From Trichoplax adhaerens (taxonomy: Eukaryota; Animalia; Placozoa): DNA of 64,000 bases. Made by a program: the position numbers and the translations under genes. Below, one piece after another: positions 55,301 to 64,000 of the stretch. Each line of letters begins with the position of its first letter. Within the stretch, counting starts at the first letter, position 1. The notes under the pieces were generated by a model, which worked only from the letters and a program-made list of their open reading frames with translations, had not been told where the DNA came from and made no database searches. Where the stretch lies: the NCBI RefSeq assembly GCF_000150275.1, contig NW_002060958.1:690272-754271 (forward strand). The letters are read 5' to 3'.

Positions 55301-56476
55301 CCTTCCTAGGTATTTCTACGATATTACTTTATATATAAAATTCTCAGGTATTTAGCAAATGGATATTTTTCGTTATAAGGATTTGTAAAGGAAGTTTTGG
55401 GCGTAACAGATACTGTGAAAATCTTATTTCTCAAACAATGCTATGCTTTGTTCTATCCATAAGCTCACTAAATCGAAGGTTCAGACTAAACACGGAAGAC
55501 TACATCTTTGGCTAATAATTTCTTAGCCTGTTGAATGATATATGTTCGATTTACATTATTATAATTACTTTCTAACGTTGCATTTAGTGATGTTACAAGA
55601 GCTAACTAAATAGCTGCAATTTTTACCATCATACTTTGAAAATATGCAGCTACCATTAGCTGATAGTACTGCACTCCGTAGATATTACATAGATTTACTA
55701 TAACCTCCAGCATAACTTATTTACATTATCAAAAACAAACATTTTGACTGATAGTTTTTAATTAATTTTATCTCACTTCATAATGATAAAGTATTTTATT
55801 GAATAGTATATTGATTATTATACCAATTAATTTTAAATGCAGAACGTATCGTTTTCGCTTAATTATATATGAGAGCATTTATTAAATGTTACAATTTTTT
55901 TGTAAAAGCTAGCCTACATTGAAGTGATATCCCTCGTTGCGTTGGCTAAATCAGGAATTTGAGTCAGATCGTAACTACGACAAAAAATTGTACTAGTACT
56001 GCAAGAACAGTATTTCGCACATGGATAAGCCATTCCTTTATTCATCGAACAAATTATTCGTTAATATGTTGGTACACATTTTATAAAACGCTGGTAATGT
56101 GCTGAAGAATTTAGAAGATTTATATACTCTTCATATAGCTTACTGTATATTTATTTACGTAGAAGTTAGTGTTTATTCTAGCTAGTTGTAATCACGAATA
56201 AATAGCAGTTTGGTCACATATTATTATTGGTGCTAATTTATGTTTCTTAAATGAGTACTCTTCTATCTTCTGTAAAGTATACTCATTATTAAGCAAGCAC
56301 TCTGATAAAATAATACTGATTTGATACCAGCAATTTTAACCAAATTTAAAATATCTTGTCATATCAAACTGCTGATAATATCTGCATGACCAATTTACTT
56401 TCTCACCTGTTGATGCAGCTATAAGAATCCATAGTATCAAAGCAGCTAAGATATTCTTTTGGCATCCAAAGTACAT
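24228..56476 (-). CDS. Giant LRR-containing rhodopsin-family GPCR (LGR-like, RXFP/GRL101-type hinge, no LDLa); 48 exons, 45 LRRs, ~1506 aa
   Basis: Exons in transcription order, all GT-AG and in frame. Signal 56407-56476 (MYFGCQKNILAALILWILIAASTG). LRRNT 55918-56035 (CAKYCSCSTSTIFCRSYDLTQIP). LRR exons: 54806-54877, 54136-54207, 53945-54016, 53164-53235, 53017-53088, 51370-51441, 51106-51177, 50826-50897, 50627-50698, 47925-47996, 47680-47751, 46670-46741, 46328-46399, 45402-45473, 45243-45314, 43785-43856, 43454-43525, 42411-42482, 42155-42226, 41855-41920, 39324-39395, 38571-38642, 37948-38019, 35638-35712, 35392-35454, 35095-35166, 34926-35006, 34638-34709, 34458-34523, 33766-33837, 32727-32801, 32542-32613, 30682-30750, 30474-30536, 30295-30357, 28894-28965, 28714-28797, 28539-28598, 27778-27858, 26781-26852, 26550-26627, 26306-26377, 26019-26093, 25816-25887, 25582-25653. 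Hinge+7TM 24228-25329. Each LRR exon is 60-84 nt (mostly 72), phase 2-2, and reads roughly xLxxNxIxxI...F..L..L..L. Caveat: assembly gap at 49491-49591. Confidence 0.85.
29349..29964. mobile_element. Family R6 solo-LTR-like element (intronic)
   Basis: TGTTAC...GTGACA with a perfect CTCTT duplication; the same start (tgttacggagcttg) recurs at 40624. Confidence 0.75.
31805..32459. mobile_element. Solo-LTR-like element, GC-richer than its flanks
   Basis: TGTGAC...GTGACA, flanks CTTAC/ATTAC (4/5 match); single copy in the window. Confidence 0.6.
33430..33501 (-). pseudogene. Decayed LRR exon with a dead donor
   Basis: 72 nt, AG acceptor, donor GGAAGA (from GTAAGA); with one frameshift it reads ICSCNIDKIDNALKGFALISE. 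Confidence 0.5.
35880..36322 (+). mobile_element. Family R3 (short form) solo-LTR-like element
   Basis: TATCAC...GTGACA, flanks GCAAA/CCAAA; near-identical inverted copy at 49859-50294. Confidence 0.8.
38357..38421 (-). pseudogene. Decayed LRR exon
   Basis: AG/GT flanks kept, 65 nt; reads N*S*INSLEYIDLIFPANLKS(L). Confidence 0.55.
39629..39691 (-). pseudogene. Decayed LRR exon
   Basis: Reads NQVRTLSDTSLAFEGLLNLK* with stops on both sides and no phase-2 acceptor. Confidence 0.55.
40404..40990. mobile_element. Partial R5 copy followed by an R6-like element starting at 40624 (possibly nested)
   Basis: 40404-40620 resembles 9550-9760; 40624 starts like 29349. Right end not resolved. Confidence 0.5.
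44600..44882 (+). repeat. Degraded 3' fragment of R1
   Basis: gtgtaaaataagg, gcaactttg and aaattttggaactatgcgatcg match the R1 3' half. Confidence 0.5.
45648..46005. mobile_element. Truncated R2 copy
   Basis: Nearly identical to 51540-51893; begins TGTCACAAAACAGCTT. Confidence 0.75.
48638..49200. mobile_element. Family R4 repeat, LTR-like start
   Basis: Starts TGTTAC; diverged colinear copy at about 63322-63890 (aatagcccta, gtactttgaacctta, aattaaggat). No target-site duplication resolved. Confidence 0.55.
49491..49591. other. Assembly gap
   Basis: Run of 101 N, plus a single N at 49456, inside an intron of the LRR-GPCR. Confidence 0.99.
49859..50294 (-). mobile_element. Family R3 (short form), inverted copy
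   Basis: TGTCAT...GTGGCA, flanks CACAT/TACAT; reverse complement of 35880-36322. Confidence 0.8.
51537..52175. mobile_element. Family R2 solo-LTR-like element
   Basis: Perfect GTAAT flanking duplication, ends CCACA; contains a (TA)n tract. Confidence 0.75.
52017..52040. repeat. (TA)12 microsatellite
   Basis: Read directly from the sequence. Confidence 0.95.
53385..53863. repeat. Rearranged old R1 fragments (inverted 5' half, then forward 3' end)
   Basis: caaagtacgatgaac matches 146-160; ttggaatttcgtgatcagatat matches 4781-4802. Confidence 0.55.
55918..56476 (-). CDS. Signal-peptide exon (56407-56476) and LRRNT exon (55918-56035) of the LRR-GPCR
   Basis: ATG at 56476, hydrophobic core LAALILWILIAA, phase-1 donor gtgaga. 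The next 118-nt exon carries a CxxxCxCxxxxxxC cap and a phase-2 donor. Confidence 0.85.
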
Positions 56477-58674
56477 ATTGATTGTTAAAATTTAGTAAAT
56501 CAATATAATCCGAAATTGATTTTCTTTAAGAATTAGAATAAAATTTAAGCATCAAAACTGAACCTAAATTATAAGTATGTTTTCTATTCATGAAATTTTC
56601 ACTTAAATTGCTTGTTTGAAATGAAATGAGCTAAATCACTTTATTTTTTAATCTGTGATTCTCTAATTTTCACATGCGTTGACTAGTTGGTCTAATCTTG
56701 GCATTGTATGAGATTGGTAAAAATATGGTATCTTTATAACTAAAATTTAAAGAATATTTTAAATACTGGCAGATAGCTTAGTAAAAGGAATTTATCTTCT
56801 TAGAGGAAAAAGCTCAGATAACTATACTGACGAAGAAGCAAATTTCATTCTGTTCTCAAAACGTAAGGTAATAATAGGTATCATATAGTACTGATGCTGA
56901 TTACATATAACTATACTGCAGTTGAATACAAATTTTTTATCTTATTAATGAAGTAAAAGAATTCAACTACCATATTTTTCTTTACTTGTAAGGCCATATC
57001 GATGACTTTCGATTCATATACTTTAATAAAGGTCTTATGGAACCGTAGTTCGTCTTTTACTTTAGCAAGAGTTGCCAAAAATTTGTTTGCAAATTTCGAA
57101 AATGCGTTGCAATTTATTCAATGTTATTTAATACTTAGGTAAACGACACGTGAAATATAACTGAAAAACCAGAATTGAACCCTAAAATTAAGTCTGCATT
57201 CACTGACTGTAGATCTCCAGGTAAAACATATGATGGAGTCATTAATTCGATTAATTCTATTATGATCTTCAGTAAAAACTAAAAATGATATAAATTATAC
57301 CTATAATAAATCTTGCTTTAATTTTACTTGTAATCTTTTAGTGCAAGAGGAAAAACTGAAGACACTGCTGAATCGCAAAACTAATAATATTTACGATTTT
57401 TTTTAAGTTTAGATAATAATATGTCATATGGTACTAATAGCAATGAATGGTATAGCTTAATTAAATTAGAAACTAAGGATGGTGTTTCTTGAAGATCGTA
57501 CGAATCACTTTCGAGACTGAAAATTAGCATCGATTTTGGTATTTTTATGCACATCAGTTTTACTCAAGCACTGCAAGTTAAAATGCTTGGTATACGCGTA
57601 TTTCCTGTAGGTTGTAGATTATGTACTGTGTATTTACTGTATTTGAGCTTTATATCTATAATATTGCTACAATAGGGTAGAGTAATGTAGAACTATACCT
57701 TCATAGCTGTTACAAACGCACTAAAGGAGATTTTAATTTAAAATAACTAGTATGCCTCGATAACTCCTAGGATTAATTTCCAAAATTAGATTGAACCACC
57801 AATTATAATAAACTTATTCAAATTAATGATTTCGAACTGGAAAGATAGTCCTTTGAGCGATTTAGACTCGGCTTATTCCGTCTGTCAGAAAAAGAACAAA
57901 ATAATTCTCTCATTCAGTTTTAAATATAGCTGGAAAGTTTTTAAAATAAGTCAGATAGAGATTTTATTACTATATATATATCAATTAGTTTAAATATTGT
58001 ATTCTAGGACACGTAGAATGAACTTTTTATTTCAGATTTGAGTGAATTTTTAACAAATGTTTCCAAAGCTAATCTACTATTTTCAGAGAATGATTAATTA
58101 ATTCTCGACCTTTCGATATCTGCCATCAAATTCCATTCATAAATTTTACATTTAGTGACAGTCCACAACAAAAGTGGGATACAAATACAAGTAAAGTAAT
58201 GCTAGGCAAGATTATCTAATTTGCTAGTACCCTCGATTCTAATTACATTTAGATAAGTATCACGTTAGTAAAGGTTAGCTGGTCTCAACTTATCAGTATT
58301 TAGGTGCGATACCATAGAATTTACGTTAAGGCTAGAAACAGCATGTAGCGATACTATTAGATGAGTTATTTTTTTCAACTTCTATGTAGAAGTACGTAAA
58401 CTATATAAAACTTAAAAGTAATACCACATCTATAAATGTCAACAATAATAGGTATACAGTATACGAGCAATGTCTATGATAATGCAGGGATATCGAATTC
58501 AGCTTCGTAGAATAAAATACTAATTGAATTTCGTTCTCTTACTAAATTTTATAACTGTAAAGTAAATCTATTTGCAACCATTATGTTGTAAACAAGTTTG
58601 GTAACATATTCAAGTAGCTACGCTTATCTATCGTTGTTGCTCTTAGTCTTTCTTTACGGACAGCTCTATTTTAG

Positions 58675-59255
58675 TGTAATGTAAGTTAGTATTGTTATTG
58701 TAGACTGTTCGCCATGTTTAGTATAATGTACGGTAGCGTAACTTCTATATTTATTCTAAGATATATTTGGTAGCCATAACTAAAGACTGTAGTGGTATAG
58801 ACTCTATGCTAGAGTACAGATGACTATATGCAGTAATATATGTTGACTTATTAATAAGGCTATAGGTAAAAATAGAACTGTAAATCATATATTAGGATAT
58901 AGTTCATTCATTGTACTTTGGCTGGTGTGAATAATGTCTACATAAATACTGTACTCGTATCCATATCGGATTAATGATGATCCGCAGTAGAATAGTGTTA
59001 CTAAGAATAATTTAACTATGTATAAAATAAGGTAAGTGTATAAAATAAGGTAAAAGGTTGCCGTGCGGATTGCAGCTGCGAATGCTACGAAAAGTATAAA
59101 AACATGCAACTTTAGATTATTCTGTTAGATCGTTGTAGAAGTCTTTAGTAGTAGTATTCGGCTAGAGTAGAGCTGTGTGTAGTTAATCTTTGTATAAGAT
59201 TCAATAAAACCCTTTTTTTCTAAAATTTGGAATTTCGTCTTCGGTATATATCACA
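58675..59255 (+). mobile_element. Family R1 solo-LTR-like element
   Basis: TGTAAT...ATCACA, flanks TTTAG/TCTAG. Confidence 0.8.
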
Positions 59256-59342
59256 TCTAGCAAAATATAACTATTGTAAACGAGTTCTAGATAGAACTGC
59301 TAAATAATCTAAAGTTGTCAGCTTATACACTTTATGTAGCAC

Positions 59343-59670
59343 TAGTGCAAACTCCCGTCGCTTTGCTGACGGTTTACGATAATGTGCTCATTTAACAGGT
59401 AGTATTACCATTTGTCGTAGACCTGTCAGGGGTTCAGTAACTTTATACCGTGTACTGTGTAGTAGTAGAGTGTATGACATATACTGATATACATACCGCA
59501 TTTCTCTAATCTTATAGTAACTCTCCATTTTTAGCTATGTGGAACACTCTTACCCACTCATTCATACTGTATAATATATATATTTATATATTAGTGCAAG
59601 CTCCTGTCGCTTTACTGACGGTTTACGATAATGTGCTCATTTAACATAGGTTCAGTAACTTTATACCGTA
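59343..59670 (+). repeat. Local direct duplication
   Basis: tagtgcaa.ctcc.gtcgcttt.ctgacggtttacgataatgtgctcatttaaca occurs at about 59343 and 59592, each followed by ggttcagtaactttataccgt. Confidence 0.85.
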
Positions 59671-60709
59671 CCGTGTATACTATAATTTAAAGTGTTCATA
59701 CATAGTACCTGTGTTATTTACGTTACTGTACAGTCAAGACTTTTGATTATTAGTAACAATAATTTATAGCGGATCACCTATAATCCAATATGACAACTGC
59801 TACAGTATTGGCACAGAACTTATTTCTTCCAGACAAAACACGATAAACTAACAATATCGTGATATATGTGTTACTGTGATAAAGTGTTGTAATGAAATGA
59901 AACGTGTAGAAACCAAGCTACTAAACTTCTAACAAACTTTGATTCAACTTTCTTTGCACTCAGGTCAACTTAACAAAACTATGACAAAAAATAAAATTTG
60001 GGGAAACAACCGATCAACAATTTATTAAGAAAATGTGAGAGAGTCTAATTAAACAACCTTCCAATTACTTAATTCTAAGTATTATAAGTAGAGAAATAAA
60101 AAACTGCAGAATTGAAACTGTCAACAATCACACAACCTAACAAAAAGAAGAACGTTTAAACTTACAACAGTTCGACCCCGAAGGCCTTTAAAATTGAACA
60201 AGTTCTTCAAAAGAATCTTTTGCTCTCAACTCTAAATTTTCTGATTACTTTATCATTTATAGGCTTCGCAGAGCCCTCAGTGGTACTTAAAACTTAATAT
60301 TTATTAACCAATCACTCTTAAATTAAAAACCTTTTTAGAAAACTACTTTGCACCGCTTTAGAAAAAACAAAAATTATTCAAAGTTCAGACACAAATTACC
60401 TTATGATTCCCATATAAACACTATAAAACCATCAAACTAACTATGAAATACCTCAAGCTTTACTTCTAACTTAATTTCCAATGATAATACATTACAAATG
60501 TCTAAAAATTAATCTTTAAACATTAAGGTTTAGTCATAAAAATAACAGTCTAACTACTTAACAATCAACACAACCTCAGCCATTTGCCATCTTTTTTTTC
60601 TATTTTCTCAACTAAACTTTCCTACTGTAACTTTCATATCTCTTCATAAAATTCCAAAGTTTCAAATTCACAACAAAAAGTTCACATTTCAAAAGCTAAT
60701 ATCAACTCA

Positions 60710-60849
60710 AATCACTAGACATTTTATAAAATCACTGGGCATTTCATAAAATCTCTAGGTATTTCATAAAATCATTAGGCATTTTATAAAATCACTTGGC
60801 ATTTTGCAATATGACGGATGCGTTTGTCAACGGCAATTTGCAAAATGCC
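60710..60849. repeat. 20-bp minisatellite (~5 units) ending in a 12-bp inverted repeat
   Basis: Unit ATTTYATAAAATCACTAGGC; GGCATTTTGCAA at 60798-60809 pairs with TTGCAAAATGCC at 60838-60849. Confidence 0.85.
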
Positions 60850-61934
60850 TAATCAACATTTACGAGTAGATTGTAGCCAATATCTATTCAAATTCAAATA
60901 AATAATGAAAGAAACAAGTAAGGATAACTGCTACTATTACACATTTAGATAAGTCGACTACAGTATGATTGAACTCTAATTTATCCCAAAGCATGAATAT
61001 GGCAATAATGAATGTTACAATAACTCAAGTCTTGAATATATACAAGTACATTTCTATAGCCGTGATAATGCTTACAAGGTATGCATGGCCTGCAATAGAC
61101 GAAACATCTTTTTTGGAATATTATCTGTGCTACAATTTCTAATTTTGCTATATTTAGTTAAAATTACAAAGGCATCGGCTTTAGTCGTCATCCTGGATGA
61201 TTTTTTGTAACACCCTAACAATAGCTTTAATGCGCGAAATCAAGTGTATTAGAAACGAAAATTTCGCCACATAACTAAAAAGTAAACTTTACAAGTAAAT
61301 CTAAACCAAGATGTCGAAAGTGGTAATTCAGTAAACGATTCTCCGCAATTTTCCAACTGATGAGAAGAAGTAGAAAATTTAAACGCATATTTAAGATATT
61401 TAAAATAATTTGAAATCCATCCGTATTGCAACCGTTTATAGATTGCTTTTGCAATAAACCAATTCCCAACATGAAGTACTTTAACATCTGTATTACTCTC
61501 TCAAGGAAATAGCATGTTGCAGCTGTATGATAAAACGTGACTCCTTTTAAATTTCGCTAATACAATCACATAAACAAATTCAGGTCTATCACGTACAATT
61601 TCAAGGCAACTGAAGTATTTTGCTGGCTTGCAAAAATTTTTATTGACAGTACGATAACTAGAAATTTTCTCAACTATCAACAGATTTATATTTAATCTTT
61701 AGATAACAGGTAACATTTGCTATTAAATAATCTCTTTAACCTATCAATTAGATTTCACTTTTATCTAATTTTTGCTTCTGTCACTTGCGTATAATAAATA
61801 TTTTAAGAAATACTGGTATGGTCATTACCCAAGTGCTATATTGAAAGAATATTATAGTATCGTTTATCTCTATTATTTCGCAAATAGCGTATGCTAGCTT
61901 TTATTAAAATCATTACATTGTATGACATACGAGC

Positions 61935-62498
61935 TATCACAAACCAACTTCGTGACAAAGATAACGTAAAGCAAATCTCTAAATTACCATAGCTCCGGGC
62001 TTCAGTGTCTCTTAACTACCTCACAAGAATTTAGACGCCTTTGCTTCTACGTTAAAACAACTATAAAACTCTTCTTTTATTCAACTATCTGCCGAGCTTA
62101 AATACCCTTCGGCAGCTATCATGTATGAGTCATAAAAGTTCACGAACTTTAGCTCATGTTGGATAGCTAAATTAATACAGACATTATTCATAATTCTGGA
62201 CTTTTACTGAACGATCTAGATAATTAGACTACATGATGTCCATATACACAATTATTTATAGTATCACCTATAATTGAATATCTTCAGGATATTCATCACA
62301 AGCGTTACAAGACGTAACACTATCATCAATTAATATTAGTTACCTTATGAGAACTCTTACTACAATACAGCATAATTTACTGTAACAAAATAATAACTAC
62401 TGTAGTTCTTACTGTAAGTCATTATTAGTTATCTCCATATATAAATGTTAAACACTAAATCTAGTCATTTACTCTTCACGCTGGTTCGTACCATGAAA
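61935..62498 (+). mobile_element. Family R3 (long form) solo-LTR-like element
   Basis: TATCAC...ATGAAA (decayed ends) with a perfect CGAGC duplication. Confidence 0.8.
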
Positions 62499-63321
62499 CG
62501 AGCATATTAATTCTTTCTCAGTAAGGTTGAGAAATCAGTGCAAGTTTAAGTGTAATTTGAAAATCAGCAATGTGCACATATTCAATCATCCACTATCTTA
62601 TACACTCACGTTTTTATTGTGTAGCAAAGGGGTATCTATCTCCAAATATTAGTCACTTTCACACAAGTATTAACGGAATAACTTGAGCTTAAATAAACCT
62701 TTATTACGAATTCAGTTATAATAAAAAAGCTAGTCTTAGATGACAGGAGAGTACGAAAGAATCAAACGAGAGTTAAATCCTTTTGCTTATATAATATTCA
62801 ACATCAATTGATCATAAAAATGATATAAACAAAATCTATGCTACATTACCCTAAGTCTTATCTATGAGATTAGTATAATAAATTCTTATAACTTATAGTA
62901 GTCTTAGCTACCATTACAATACGATTCTTTCGACATAACAGTATGTTATTAAAATAACAAATCGATATTTACATAAGCATTCATAACACAATAGGTGAAT
63001 ATTGTAATTATAATGTTACGGCCATTCTTAGGAATGGCAGTAATAACAACAATACCATATGACTACTGTACCAATCTTAACAATCACACACATCTTTAAA
63101 ATAAATCGACCGGCATGAGCACTTTCAGTTGCATCATGTAAGTCCAGCGTTTACATCTATGTGAAAGCTACTTCACTACATATTGCAATATTGAGTGGCA
63201 ACGCGACGTAGAGCAACTTTTCATAGAAGCGTAATTTCGTTGTCTTAAGATAGCTTATGTAAGAATACACCAACACGGACTTCCAGATATCTCTAGAAGT
63301 CCATGGATATGAATTTGTCTA

Positions 63322-63890
63322 TGTACTAGGGGATAGAAATAGCCCTAGCTTGCAACTAAGATTGAGAGTGTGTCTAATATGTAATACTGTGAATTAGAAT
63401 ATCAATAATTATAAGTTGATGTTATAATGCAGATATAATTAAGATTTAAAACAGTCGGGCCTCTAATTTATTTAGAAATCGCAATCTACTTTATTATCCG
63501 CGAGGCTGCAGTCTATATAGAATTTGATATCTAGAACCAGTTCAACTATAAGAGTCACCTCATCTTTCTGAAACTAACCAATTAATGCTCTAAAAAGTCT
63601 TCATTTGTATGAATTTAACACAGTGTAATCCCATTACATTTTTTTATCAGTATTACATTGATCAGTTCCTAATAGTAATCTAACAAAGATATGTTAGACT
63701 ATAATACTAAGATATTTCATTTAGACATAGAAACTGTACTTTCAACCTTAACGTCAGGCAATATAGTCTGATGTAAATAGTCTGTAATTACTATTTGAGT
63801 CCAGCTAATCCCAAATTAAGGATTACCCTACTTACACTTACACTGTGAAGCAGTAAAGTTAAATTTAAGGAAATCGCAAACATTACTGAT
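63322..63890. mobile_element. Family R4 repeat copy
   Basis: Diverged homolog of 48638-49200; boundaries approximate. Confidence 0.5.
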
Positions 63891-64000
63891 AACAAGCATA
63901 TATCAAAAGTAACTTTGAAATAATGTACATGTCAAGAATGTTACTTTCATGGCATTATGATCCCTGATTTCATACTTCTGAAATATTATCTAATTGCTAA

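Noticed and set aside
60710-60810. CRISPR-like array
   Set aside because: Head-to-tail 20-bp units with no unique spacers, in a eukaryotic context.

Overview
AT-rich, intron-dense animal genomic DNA. The short introns and multi-exon LRR-GPCR genes suggest a placozoan such as Trichoplax (inference only). Genes were assembled by hand from GT-AG splice signals and reading-frame continuity; almost none of them shows in the ORF track. (1) A complete minus-strand LRR-GPCR (56476->24228; 48 exons, ~1506 aa): signal peptide, LRRNT, 45 single-LRR exons all phase 2-2, an RXFP/GRL101-type hinge and an intronless 7TM exon, with no LDLa module. It crosses a 101-N gap. (2) The 5' part of a colinear paralog (7100->503) running off the left edge. 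(3) Between them, a plus-strand 17-exon gene (14742-22020, ~834 aa): signal peptide, LRRNT+LRRCT with essentially no LRRs, RIKR furin site, MAM, kringle, two SRCR, MAM, GPI-type tail. The LRR arrays are partly built from a two-exon unit with staggered cysteines, and their introns hold many apparently decayed LRR exons. Ten 435-660 bp elements with TG...CA-like ends and 5-bp target-site duplications (probable solo LTRs), plus partial copies, fill introns and intergenic DNA.
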